From an uncultured Chloroflexia bacterium (GTDB taxonomy: Bacteria; Chloroflexota; Limnocylindria; Limnocylindrales; CSP1-4), in contig CAVRFC010000005.1 of the NCBI GenBank assembly GCA_963720315.1, positions 1,536,386-1,600,385 on the forward strand: DNA of 64,000 bases. Reading direction: 5' to 3'. Under the pieces are notes generated by a model. It was given only the letters and a program-made list of their open reading frames with translations. It was not told the DNA's origin and did no database searches. Positions 49,591-60,050 of the stretch are shown here, one piece after another. A program made the translations under genes and the position numbers. Within the stretch, counting starts at the first letter, position 1. The number at the start of each line of letters is the position of its first letter.

Positions 49591-49888
49591 CGTCCCTGAT
49601 GGCTGCCTCGACCTTCTCGAAGGCAGGGTCGCCCATAAAGATCTGGAACGGGACCACGACCGCTCCCGGGGCCATCGCCTGCGCTCGCTGCGCGAGGCTC
49701 GCGTGGGTGACCACCACTTGGGTGTCGGCGGGGATCGAGTTGACGGGGAGGTGCTCGACCGCCACGTCGTACGTCTTCAACCGCTGACGCATCTGGCTGG
49801 CGACCATGACGCTGCTGCCCATGCCCGCATCGCAGGCCACCACGACGGTGCGGATATCTCGGCCGTTGACCTCTGGCATGACGTTCAC
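49571..49888 (-). CDS. PTS mannitol-type EIIB
   Basis: VVACDAGMGSS. Confidence 0.88.
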   Translation of the reverse strand: MNVMPEVNGRDIRTVVVACDAGMGSSVMVASQMRQRLKTYDVAVEHLPVNSIPADTQVVVTHASLAQRAQAMAPGAVVVPFQIFMGDPAFEKVEAAIRDGGVLAG

Positions 49889-50997
49889 GCTCCCGTCGGG
49901 GCCGGGACGGCGTCCTGACGCGGCGCTTCCTCAGTGACCGGTTGCTCCGCGCGCCCGAAGCCGAGCAGCATCGAGGCGACCCCGAACGACACGACCGACG
50001 CGACGCCGATGGCCAGCAGCACGCCGAAGTATCCGTCCCTCGGCGTTACCGCCAAGTAGGCGAAGATGCTGCCGGGGGAGGGGGTGGCGACGAGCCCCGC
50101 GTTGGTGACGACCGCGATTGCAATCCCGGAAGCGCCGCCGGCGATGGCGGCCAGGATCAGTCGTGGCTTCATCAGCACATAGGGGAAATAGATCTCATGG
50201 ATGCCGCCGAAGAACTGGATGATGATCGCCGTGGGCACGGTCGGCCGGAGCGCCCGCGGGCCGAAGAAGAAGTAGGCAAGGAGGATCCCTAGGCCCGGTC
50301 CTGGATTGGTCTCGATCATGAACAGGATCGACTTGCCTGTCTCGAGCGCCTGGGCGACGCCGAGCGGCGCGAGGACCCCGTGATTGATCGCGTTGTTGAG
50401 GAAGAGGACCTTGGCCGGCTCCACGATGATCGACACCAGTGGGAGCAGGCCCGCAGCGACGAGGATGTCGACGCCGTTGCCGGCCCAGTTGGCGAGGGCC
50501 TCGACGATCGGCCCCACGGCCAGGACGCCGAGGACCGCGAAGATCAGGCCGAGGATCCCCGCGCTGAAGTTGTCGACCAGCATCTCGAACCCGGAGCGGA
50601 CCCGCCCGGCGACGAGGGCGTCGAAGCGCTTGAGCGCATACGCGGCCAACGGGCCGACGATCATCGCTCCGAGGAACATTGGGATATCGGTGCCGACCAC
50701 GACTCCCATGGTCGCCACGGCGCCGATGACGGCGCCCCGCTGACCGTGGACGATGCGTCCACCGGTGTAGCCGATCAGTACCGGCAGCAGGGTCAGGATG
50801 ATCGGGCCGACGAGCGCGGCCAGTTGCTCGTTCGGCCACCAGCCGGTCGGGATGAACAGGGCCGTGATCAGGCCCCACGCGATGAACGCCGAGATGTTGG
50901 GCATGATCATGCCGGCCAGAAAGCCACCGACCCGCTGGATCGTGGCTTGTAAACCTGGCCCTTCGCGGTGCTTAAGATCGGCGGTGGTGGTTGTCAT
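49885..50997 (-). CDS. mtlA: PTS mannitol-type EIIC permease
   Basis: MIMPNI.AFIAWGLITALFIPTGW.PN, EPAKVLFLNNAINHG, ETNPGPGLG and FFGGIHEIYFPY. Confidence 0.92.
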   Translation of the reverse strand: MTTTTADLKHREGPGLQATIQRVGGFLAGMIMPNISAFIAWGLITALFIPTGWWPNEQLAALVGPIILTLLPVLIGYTGGRIVHGQRGAVIGAVATMGVVVGTDIPMFLGAMIVGPLAAYALKRFDALVAGRVRSGFEMLVDNFSAGILGLIFAVLGVLAVGPIVEALANWAGNGVDILVAAGLLPLVSIIVEPAKVLFLNNAINHGVLAPLGVAQALETGKSILFMIETNPGPGLGILLAYFFFGPRALRPTVPTAIIIQFFGGIHEIYFPYVLMKPRLILAAIAGGASGIAIAVVTNAGLVATPSPGSIFAYLAVTPRDGYFGVLLAIGVASVVSFGVASMLLGFGRAEQPVTEEAPRQDAVPAPTGA

Positions 50998-51067
50998 CTG
51001 GGTACCTCTCCTTCCCGTCGATGGTTCGTCTCCTCGCGCACGAGTCCCCCGATCGCTGATCCGGACG

Positions 51068-52015
51068 TCAGGGCGGCATGGCGTACAGGTCCCGACGCGT
51101 GGTTTCGTGTCGCTCGAGCCGGACGGACGCTAGGTCGATGTCATCTGGTGACGGCATACCGGAGCCCGGCTGGAGCACCGCGGCGGCACCCCAGGCGAGG
51201 CCCTGAGTCAGTGCCTTGGCGCCGGCGCCGCCACCGGCCAGGAACCCCGCAAGCATCGCGTCTCCGGCGCCTACCGAGCTGAGTGGGGAGACCACAGGCG
51301 TCTGACCATGAAGGGCGCCGTCGTCGTCGACCAGCACGGCACCATCGGCGCCGAGGCTCGCCAGCACCGCGCCCGCTCCGAGGTCGCGCAGCCGGCTGGC
51401 AGCCTCGACGACGTCGGTGATGGTCGACATGGACCGGCCCGTCACCTCGGCAAGCTCATCGCGGTTCGGCTTCACCAGGTTCGGGCCTGCCGCGCAGACC
51501 GCCTTCAGCGCTGGACCGCTTGTGTCGACGGCCACGGCGGTGCCCGACCCGGCCAGCCCACGGACGAGGTCGGCATAGACGTCGGCCGGCGTCCCCGGCG
51601 GCAGGCTGCCGCTGGCCACGAGCCAATCCGCCGAGTCGACGGCATCCCTCACGGCACGGAAGACGGCTTCGAGTTCATCCGGGCTTAGCTGGGCGCCCGG
51701 CTCGTTGATCTTGGTCGTCGTCCCGTCGGGCTCGACGACGGTGATGTTCGACCGGATCGCTCCGCGGATCCAGACCGGCACGATCTCGATCCCCGTGTCG
51801 CGCAGCAGAGTCACGAGATGTTCGCCCTCGGCGCCGCCCACAGTGACGACAGCACGGGTCTGCCGGCCATTCGCCGCCAGGGCGCGAGAAACGTTGATCC
51901 CTTTGCCGCCCGGATCGACCCGGCCGCCCACGGCTCGCGTCACCGCACCTCGGGCGAGCGTTTCGACCTCGACCGTCCGGTCGACACTCGGGTTAAGGGT
52001 CAGCGTGACGATCAC
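51068..52015 (-). CDS. 1-phosphofructokinase-family hexose kinase
   Basis: VTLTLNPSVD, GGKGINV, KPNRDE and SVGAGD. Confidence 0.88.
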   Translation of the reverse strand: MIVTLTLNPSVDRTVEVETLARGAVTRAVGGRVDPGGKGINVSRALAANGRQTRAVVTVGGAEGEHLVTLLRDTGIEIVPVWIRGAIRSNITVVEPDGTTTKINEPGAQLSPDELEAVFRAVRDAVDSADWLVASGSLPPGTPADVYADLVRGLAGSGTAVAVDTSGPALKAVCAAGPNLVKPNRDELAEVTGRSMSTITDVVEAASRLRDLGAGAVLASLGADGAVLVDDDGALHGQTPVVSPLSSVGAGDAMLAGFLAGGGAGAKALTQGLAWGAAAVLQPGSGMPSPDDIDLASVRLERHETTRRDLYAMPP

Positions 52016-52794
52016 GCGAGGAGGACCTTGAGGCCCGGCGAACGGAGCTCGTCGGCGACCTGCGCATCGAGCCCGGCGTCCGTGATCAGCGTGTCGATCT
52101 CGTCGAGCCCGGCGAACCGCGACAGATGGTCCTGCCCGACCTTGGTGTGGTCGGCGAGGACCACGGAGCGACGGGCGGCCCGGATCATGGCGCGCTTGAC
52201 GGTTGACTCGGTCGTGTCGGGGGTTGTAAGCCCTCGCTCCAGGCTGATGCCGTTCGTGCCGATGAACGCCACATCGACGTAGCTGTCGGCAAGAGCCTGG
52301 AGGGCCCACGAGTCGACCGCCGCTTGCGTTCGCCCGCGGACCCTGCCGCCGAGCATCAGGACGGTGATGTTCGGCCGCACCGATAGCGACATGGCGATCG
52401 GCAGGGCGTTGGTCAGGACGACGAGTTCGCGATCAGCCGGAAGCGCGTCGGCGAGCCGCGCGGTGGTCGTGCCCGCATCGAGCAGGATCGATCCCTCGTC
52501 CGGAAGCTCCGCGAGCGCCAACCGCGCGATGCGCTCCTTCTCGGCCGTCAGGACGCTGTCGCGCGCCGCCAGGGCCGGCTCGAAGCCGAGCCGCTCGATC
52601 GGGATCGCGCCACCGTGGACACGTCGGAGGAGAGCATGACGCTCCAGCGTCGTCAGATCGCGCCGGACCGTCTCGGTCGTCACCCCGAGTTCCTCCGCGA
52701 GTGAGGAAACCTCGACCCGGCCACCGGCTCGAGCGCGCTCGACGATCCAGCGCTGGCGCTCCTCGGCGTACATGTTGGTTAGGTCCTGACTCAT
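52012..52794 (-). CDS. DeoR/GlpR-family regulator (start may be 52773)
   Basis: MYAEERQ..VTTETVRRDL..RVHGGA and LDAGTT. Confidence 0.92.
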   Translation of the reverse strand: MSQDLTNMYAEERQRWIVERARAGGRVEVSSLAEELGVTTETVRRDLTTLERHALLRRVHGGAIPIERLGFEPALAARDSVLTAEKERIARLALAELPDEGSILLDAGTTTARLADALPADRELVVLTNALPIAMSLSVRPNITVLMLGGRVRGRTQAAVDSWALQALADSYVDVAFIGTNGISLERGLTTPDTTESTVKRAMIRAARRSVVLADHTKVGQDHLSRFAGLDEIDTLITDAGLDAQVADELRSPGLKVLLA

Positions 52795-52834
52795 CTGTGT
52801 TTAGCTTTATATCGCTGTGTTTGATTGGTGTCAA
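52795..52834 (-). promoter_or_regulatory. PTS operon promoter with repeated candidate DeoR boxes
   Basis: TTGACA-N17-TATAAA on the minus strand; AAACACAG repeated at 20-bp spacing (52795, 52815). Confidence 0.65.
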
Positions 52835-53017
52835 GACACAACGTGACCCACCGTGAAGCCGCACCGGATCAGCGTCCGCCGCCGTCGTGGTGAGGCTGAT
52901 GTTGGGTGTGCTGACGGGCGGTGTCGCCGGCCGTCAGCTGGGGGCCTGCTCCACGGGCGGGTCGGAGGCGGGTCCGGAAGGACCGCCGGCTCGAGCGCGG
53001 CTCGATCCCTCGCGCGG

Positions 53018-53770
53018 CTAGCGATCGACCGCTCGTGTTTCGACGAGCAGTACCTCGGCACCGTCGTCACGCGCGCGCACCGAGATCTCCGGCTCGTCGA
53101 CGAGCTTCGCGGCGCCCCCCTCGTCGAGCTCGCCGGCGTCGCCGTCGGTCGAGATGTGGGCGGCGCCATGGACGACGAAGAGGTAGCCGAGGAAGCCCTG
53201 CCGAAACCGGTGGATCACGGCTTGACCTGGTTCGAGCAGGGTCGCGAACACAGCTGCGTCCTGGTGCACGGTGACCGCGGCCTGGTCCGCCCGGGCGTGA
53301 GTGCCTCCGTACCCCGGCGCCGGCACGAGGATGGGCAACCACCGCCCCCGCCGCGACTCCTCGTCGAAGTTCCGCTGCTCGATCGATGGCTCGAGGCCGC
53401 GCTCTCGCGGGATGATCCACATCTGGATGAACCGCATCGGCTCGGCTGGTGAGTGGTTGCCCTCCGAGTGCTCCATCCCCGAACCGAGCGTCGCCCGCTG
53501 CACCGAGCCCGGCTGGAGGATCCCTCCGCCACCACGACTGTCAGCATGTTCGAACGTGCCCTCGGCGACGTAGGTGATGCCCTCGATGTCGCGATGGGGA
53601 TGCATCGGCCACACAGCGCCCGGGATGAGCGTGTCGTCGTTGAACACGCGAAGGTCGCCGAACCGCGTGTTGTCGGGGTCGCTGTACGTGTCGAAGCTGA
53701 AATGCCACTTCGCCCTGAACCAGCCGCCGTCGACGTGGTGGAGGGATGCACGCGGGCGGAGGGTGATCAC
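53018..53770 (-). CDS. Pirin family protein
   Basis: HFSFDTY.DP, LRVFNDD, HPHRD.E, HSE and QMWI. Confidence 0.9.
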   Translation of the reverse strand: MITLRPRASLHHVDGGWFRAKWHFSFDTYSDPDNTRFGDLRVFNDDTLIPGAVWPMHPHRDIEGITYVAEGTFEHADSRGGGGILQPGSVQRATLGSGMEHSEGNHSPAEPMRFIQMWIIPRERGLEPSIEQRNFDEESRRGRWLPILVPAPGYGGTHARADQAAVTVHQDAAVFATLLEPGQAVIHRFRQGFLGYLFVVHGAAHISTDGDAGELDEGGAAKLVDEPEISVRARDDGAEVLLVETRAVDR

Positions 53771-53882
53771 CGGTCGGGCCTCTCGAGTGCGGGCGAGACG
53801 TGCCCGAGGCAGGGGCACTAGGAGCAGCGTCGGGCTGATCGAGCCGACCTCGCCGTGGACGGCTCAGGAACGATGCGGTCGG

Positions 53883-54773
53883 TCACCGTGTCCCGGCCAT
53901 CTCCCGTTCGGGGGCCGCCGGGGCGCCGGGCTGGACGAATCGCCCGATGAACGCGAGGGCCGTCTCGGCGACCTCCTTCCAGCCGTTGTCGATCGTGAGC
54001 GCGTGTCCGCGACCCGCGATCTTGACGATCTCGGTGACGCCCTCGTTCCGCTTCTGGCGGTTGTACGAGGCGTTCGCGATGGCCCACGGGACCGTGTGGT
54101 CGAGCTCACCATCGATGATGAGCAGCGGGCCTCGTGCGGGGTTCTTGGTATCGACCTTGGCCTCGGTCCACGGGTTGAAGTTCGCGGCCGCGGCTTGGAA
54201 GAGCGGCTCGCCTGGGGCCGGCACCGCGTACGTCTCGTAGAGCCGCTTCGCCTCGTCCTCGCTGACCGCGTTGGCGAAGGCGTAACGGAATTGCTCGTAG
54301 GTGAGCGGGACCGCTCGGTTGTGGTTGAGGGGGTTCCGGAGCACCGGCGAGCCAGACCGAAGGGCCGAGATTGGCAGCGGCAGGACCCCCCGGAAGGGGG
54401 CCGGGTCGATGGCCACGGACGCGACCGACAGACCACGACCCGCGAGGATCTGGGTCATCAATCCGCCGAACGAATGGCCGATCACGGCCGGCCTCGTCTT
54501 CAGCTGGCGGATGACATCGTCGAGGTGATTGGCGACGTCCTTGATCGACTTGCCGGCGAAGACCTCCGGGTGCGCCTTGGCCTCGGCGACCGTCTCGGGA
54601 TCGTCCGGCCAGCCCGGCGCCAGGGTCGAGTAGCCGCCCGATTCGAAGAGCTCCTGCCAGCGGACCCAGCTGCTCGGGAGCAGCCAGAGTCCGTGGACGA
54701 AGACGACCGGCGTCCGACCGGACGCGTTCGCCTTATCGATCTCGGCTCGCTCGTGATCGGTGATGGTGGCCAT
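53883..54773 (-). CDS. Alpha/beta hydrolase
   Basis: VFVHGLW, GHSFGG, DHTVP and GH. Confidence 0.88.
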   Translation of the reverse strand: MATITDHERAEIDKANASGRTPVVFVHGLWLLPSSWVRWQELFESGGYSTLAPGWPDDPETVAEAKAHPEVFAGKSIKDVANHLDDVIRQLKTRPAVIGHSFGGLMTQILAGRGLSVASVAIDPAPFRGVLPLPISALRSGSPVLRNPLNHNRAVPLTYEQFRYAFANAVSEDEAKRLYETYAVPAPGEPLFQAAAANFNPWTEAKVDTKNPARGPLLIIDGELDHTVPWAIANASYNRQKRNEGVTEIVKIAGRGHALTIDNGWKEVAETALAFIGRFVQPGAPAAPEREMAGTR

Positions 54774-54929
54774 CGGGACGTCCTCCGAATTGTGTTGCCG
54801 AGGCCGGACCTCGGTCGGTTGCCTGATCCATGGGATATTCCATCCGAGCGTTGAGGACGGCTTCTGTCGGATGACTGGTTTCGGCATCGATTCGTCCTGC
54901 GGTTCGGGCGCGGCGTGATGCCACAATGA

Positions 54930-57724
54930 ATGCAGGAGGGGCCGGTGCCGCTGTTCGGACGCGACCAGGAACTGCGCGAAGTCCATGCCCTGATCGCCAA
55001 AGCAGGGGAGGGCGGGGGCGCGCTCCTCGTCCTCGGCGAGGCGGGGATCGGCAAGTCCTCGATTCTTGCTCGACGCGACCGACCGCGCCCGCGAGCTCGG
55101 GATGACGGTCCTGGTGGCGACCGGTATCCAGGCTGAAACTCGGCTCGCCTTCGCCGGGCTTCACCAGCTGCTCCGCCCGATCATCGGTCGGCATGGACGC
55201 GTTGCCGCCGCCCCAGCGGAACGCCCTGCTGAGCGGCCTTCGGAATGACGGACGAGGCAGCCCCTGACCTGTTTTTGACGGCGCTCGCAACGCTCGAGCT
55301 GCTCTCGGACGTGGCTGCGGAAACCCCGGTGCTTGTCGTTGCCGACGATACGTCAGTGGCTGGACCGGCGCGACCACCGACGTGCTCGCATTCCTGGCGC
55401 GACGGCTTGCGTCTGACCCCATCGTGCTGCTCGGCGGCGCTTCGCGAGGGGTTCGACAGTCCACTGCAGGAAGCAGGGCTTGCCGAATTGCGCCTGGTAC
55501 GGCTCGACCAGAGGCGCGTCCGAACGGGTCCTCGACGCCTACGCTCCGTCGCTCCGGCTGTGGCCGCCAGGGCTCGCGTGCTCCGCGAGGCGATCGGCAA
55601 TCCCCTCGCGCTCACCGAGTTGACGGAGGCGTTGGCGACGAGCGACGGCGAGCGTGATCGCGCTGCCCGAGATCATCTGCCCGGCTGGCGCTGACCGCTC
55701 GCCTTGAGCGGGCGTTCTCGGCGAGAGCGAGGGACCTGCCCGCGGCGACCCAGCGACTCCTGCTCGTCGCCGCGCTCAACGACGGCGACGCCGTGTGCGG
55801 AGACCCTCGGTGCGGCGGCGATCCTCGGTGGAAGGTCCGTGCAGACGTCAACGTCGAGGCCGTAGGCCCGGCCGTCGTGGGCCAGCTCATCGCTCTCGAG
55901 GGTGATGCGATCCGGTTCCGCCACCCGCTGATCCGATCCGCCATCGCCCAGGCCGCCGGGCTCCCGCAGCGATCGGCCGCGCACGCGGCGCTCGCCGCGA
56001 TGCTCATCGAGCAGCCAGATCGTCGGATCTGGCATCGGGCGGCGTCGAGTCTCGGGCCAGACGAGGCGATCGCGATCGAGCTCGAGAGCGCGGCCTCGAG
56101 GGCGGAGCGCCAGGGCGGGATCGGAGTCGCGATCTCCGCGCTTGAGCGTGCAGCTCGATTGAGCGCGGACCCGGTCCGTCGCGGGGGCCGGCACCTCCGG
56201 GCCGCAGAACTGGCCTTCGAGCTCGGCCGCGATGACATCATGGCCCGGGTGCTCGACGAGGCTGGTCCGCTCGATGGAGGACCACTCGAGCAGCGACGTC
56301 AGTCGTGGATCCGGGCACTGTCGCTGCGTGGCCCTGTGACCGCGATGGAGGGAGCCAACATCCGCTCGGTGATCGAGGCCGCCGAGCGCGCCCGAGACGT
56401 TGGCGATCTCGATCTGGCGATCAAACTACTGGGTATGACCTCGGAGCGGTGCAGGGAGATCGTCGCCAACGACGAGATCTCCAGTCGCGTGGTGGAAGCT
56501 GCCGAGCGGCTGGGTCTGCTAGCGAGCGATCCGAGACTGATTCAGATCCAGGCCCTCACAACGCTCGACCGGGGCAGGGTCGTCCTCGAGGAGCTGTCCC
56601 GCCACGCCCGTGAAGGGACCGGCGACGCCATCGCGGCGCGCTTCCTCGGCACCGCCGCTCTCTGGGTCGGCGCCCTCGATCTCTCCGCGGGGTTCTTCGC
56701 CGCCGCGGTCTCCGGCCTGCGAGCCCAAGGCCGATTGGGCCTCCTCACCCGAGCCCTGGTCTGCCAGGCATGGGTGGCTGTCAATCTCGGGACCTGGAGT
56801 GTGGCGGCGCCGGCGGCTGACGAGGGTTCGAGACTCGCCGCCGAGACCGGCCAGCCCTTCTTCGTGGCATGGGCGGACCAGGTCCGAGCCATGGTGGCCG
56901 CCGCCCGTGGTGACGCCGAGCAGGCCGAGGCATTGCTCGAAGCGGTCGAGCGGGACGCCGCGGGATTCGGTGCGCCCAGCGTGATGTCCTCCGTCGAGCA
57001 CGGCCGCGGCCTTGCCTCGCTGGCGGCCGGGCGGTATGCCGACGCGTTCTCGCACCTCAGGCGGATCTTCGAACCGTCCGATCCGGCCTTTCACCCGATC
57101 GTCCGCTGCTGGGCGATCGGCGACCTGGTCGAGGCAGCTGTCCACAGTGGTAACGCCGACCAGGCGCGTCCGATCGTCGCGGAACTGGAGAATGTCGCAG
57201 CGCGAATGCCTTCGCCTTGGCTCCATCTCGGCCTGCGCTATGCACGGGCACAGCTGCGGTCATGACGAGGAGGCAGAGGACTTGTTCCAGGTCGCACTCG
57301 AGGCCGATCTCGACGCGCTGGCCTCTCGCCAGGGCACGGCTCCATCTGGCCTACGGATCGTGGCTTCGGCGACGGCGCCGGGTGGCCGAATCGCGCGTGC
57401 CGTTGCGGGCTGCTCGCGACGGATTTGACAGGCTCGGCCTCGTCGCGGAGGGTGAGCGGGCTCGCCTCGAGCTGCGCGCCTCGGGCGAGTCGAGCCGGAG
57501 CCGGACCCCAGATGCCGTTCGACCAGCTCACCCCACAGGAGCTCCAGATCGCCCAGCTTGCCGCGAACGGCTTGTCCAACCGCGACATCGGCCAACAGCT
57601 CTTCCTCTCGCATCGGACGGTCGGCTTCCACCTGTACCGGATCTTCCCGAAGCTCGGCATCACTTCGCGGGCGCAGCTGGCAGCCGTCCTGGCCCGCGAG
57701 CAGCTCGCCGTGGCCGAGGCCTGA
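54930..57724 (+). CDS. Large ATP-binding LuxR-family (LAL) regulator, split by several frameshifts
   Basis: LFGRDQE..GEAGIGKS P-loop; VVADD; GNPLAL; FRHPLIRSA; C-terminal LTPQELQIAQL..SHRTV.FHL HTH. Confidence 0.8.
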
Positions 57725-57946
57725 GCGCCCCACGCGGACACCCGCCGGCGTCCCGGGCCGAGCCTACGGATCGCAGTCCTACCGCGTCGTCCAGCGTTGC
57801 TGTGCGAACCAGCAAGCGGGGAGGGACGCATCGTCATCCGGACTAGTCATTCGACAGAAGACGGCGACGGATCGTCGCAGCCAACCTTCCCTCCTCAAGG
57901 TCGCACGGACACGTCCGACCGATCACATGCGAAGGGAAGGCACCAG

Positions 57947-58796
57947 ATGAGAACCCCCGCCGCACGCTCCGACGTTACCGTGCAGGCATCCGGTCATTCG
58001 CGGTGGTCCACGATCGTCATGGCCCTGGCCGCCTCGGCCGTGCTCGTCCTGTCCCTGTTGCCGGCGACCGTCCTCGCGACGCATGCCCTTGCCATCGGCA
58101 CTCGTCCGACAATTGTCCTCGTCCACGGTGCGTGGGCGGGGCCATCCGGCTGGGATCAGGTCGTTGCGGGCCTCCAGAGAGATGGATACTCGACGGTGAC
58201 GCCGACGCTCGATGAAGTGTCGATCGCACGGAGACGCCGCGATCGTCGACGCGGCCCTCGACGGCATCTCAGGCGACAAGATCCTCGTCGCCCATTCCTA
58301 TGGCGGGATCGTCGCGTCGAATGCAGCATTCGGCCGGTCGGACGTACTCGGGCTCGTCTTCACCTCGGCGTTCCTGCCCGACTCGGGCGAGTCGATCCTC
58401 AGCCTCGGCGCCGGGTTCCAGCCGAGCGACGTCGTCAATCACCTCGTCTTCGATCCGTTCCCGTTCGCGTTCATCGATCCAGCGTTCTTTCCGCAGATCT
58501 TTGCTCAGGATCTCAGCCCGAAGAGGGCGGCTGTCCTTAACGCGGGCCAGCGACCGATCAACGTCTTCATCCTCGGGAGTCCCTCCGGCCCGGTGGCCTG
58601 GCACACGATCCCGTCGTGGTACGCGGTCTCCGGCGCGGATCGAGTCATCGATCCCGCCGAACAGCGATGGATGGCGGGCCGCGCAGGTTCCACGATCGTC
58701 GAGTTCGACGACGCCAGTCATGCCGGCGGGTACACCCACTACGCGACGCGGTTCGTGAAGCTCATCGAGCAGGCTGTTGCAGGGACCAGCAGCTGA
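57947..58796 (+). CDS. Secreted alpha/beta hydrolase (frameshift near 58230)
   Basis: Signal peptide, VLVHGAW, AHSYGG, DRVI and ASH. Confidence 0.8.
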
Positions 58797-58942
58797 CGGT
58801 CTGCGCTTGGCCGGCTCCGTTCCGCACATCGCTGTTCGGAGCCGGCACTTATCGCCTTGGACAGCGCCGTCGCGCCGACGCCGTTCGATCCGAGCGGAGT
58901 CGAACACGACGCCAGGTACTGAGGCCTTACTGGAGAGCAATC

Positions 58943-59731
58943 ATGGACCTGCAGCTGCAGGGTCGCGTCGCCGTCGTCACCGCGGCGAGCAAGGGAATCG
59001 GCCTCGCGGTCACGCGAGCGCTCGCGGATGAAGGTGCGTACGTCGTTGCCGGGGCCCGAACGACGGACAGCCTCGACGGTCTTCCCCGGGTCACCAGCGT
59101 AGCCCTCGACCTGGCGGCGCCTCACGCGCCGGCGCGACTCGTCCAGCGGGCGCTTGACGAGCACGGCCGGGTCGACACCCTCGTAAACAACATGGGCGCG
59201 TTGAGGGTCCGCCTCGACGGCTTCCTCGGCACGAGTGACGAAGAGTTCGAATAGGCGATGCAGATGAACTTCTTCGTAGCTCTACGGGCCACCCGCGCGG
59301 CATTGGTGCCGATGCTCGAGCGCGGATCCGGGGCAATCGTCAACGTGGCGTCCGTCAACGCCTTCTACCAACCCGACGCGGCCGTGATCGACTACGGGGC
59401 CGCGAAGGCGGCGCTCGTCAACCTGACCAAGGCGCTGGCGCAGGAATTTGGGCCACGAGGCATCCATGTCAACGCGATATCGCCGGGCCCGGTCAGCACC
59501 GAGCTGTGGCTCGGTGAGCACGGGGTGGCCCAGACTGTCGCTCATGCGAGCGGGGTGGACGCGGACACCGCTCGGAAGACCATCGTGACCGGAATGGGGG
59601 GCATCCCGACCGGTCGCTTCAGCACGCCCGAGGAAGTCGCAACGCTGGTCGTGCTGCTCGCGTCGGACCGCACGGCGAACGTCAACGGTGCCAACTACGT
59701 TATCGACGGCGGCCTGATCAAGACGACGTGA
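58943..59731 (+). pseudogene. SDR oxidoreductase with an in-frame TAG at 59252-59254
   Basis: TAASKGIG, LVNNMG, YGAAK and ISPG; both halves are in the same frame. Confidence 0.8.
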
Positions 59732-59869
59732 ACACGTCGATCGGCACCCCGAATGGGGTCCCGGGACCGCGGGGCTGCGACCACGTCGTAGGAACGCGAC
59801 CGTCAAGGGTTGACAGTCAAGCCCGGCGCCCGCTTAGCCGACGCGACGAAACAGCCTCTGTTACCGAGC

Positions 59870-59925
59870 CTGGCGCGTCGGTGGCTGACCCCGAGTCAGG
59901 TGCTCTACCGTTGAGCCACGCGCCA
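59870..59925 (-). tRNA. tRNA-like element (pseudo-tRNA) lacking the T-arm
   Basis: TGGCGCG TG GCTC AACGGTA GAGC A CCTGA CTCGGGG TCAG CCACCGA CGCGCCA G: 7-bp acceptor stem, canonical D-arm and anticodon arm; no TTCRA and no CCA. Confidence 0.55.
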
Positions 59926-59981
59926 GTGAATCGTGCTCAGAACGGCCCGCCGACGGTCCGTTCGCGCTCTGTTTTTCGGGT

Positions 59982-60050
59982 GAATCAGGTGCCCGTCCGA
60001 AAGAGAATCAGGTGCCCATCCAAAAAAGCGGATGAGTAAGGTGCCCATTC
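59982..60050. repeat. Three short direct repeats GARTMAGGTGCCCRTYC
   Basis: Copies at 59982, 60005 and 60034 in an intergenic region with A/T tracts. Confidence 0.7.

Noticed and set aside
4270-58240. Many frameshifted genes (near 4275, 9580, 11010, 11200-11570, 21660, 42150, 55070-57520, 58230) as programmed frameshifting or mass pseudogenisation
   Set aside because: The indels hit unrelated genes, show no shared slippery motif and leave both halves well conserved; long-read consensus error is the simplest explanation
59982-60050. Short repeats as a mini-CRISPR
   Set aside because: Repeats are about 17 bp with 6-12 bp gaps, too short for spacers, and there are no cas genes
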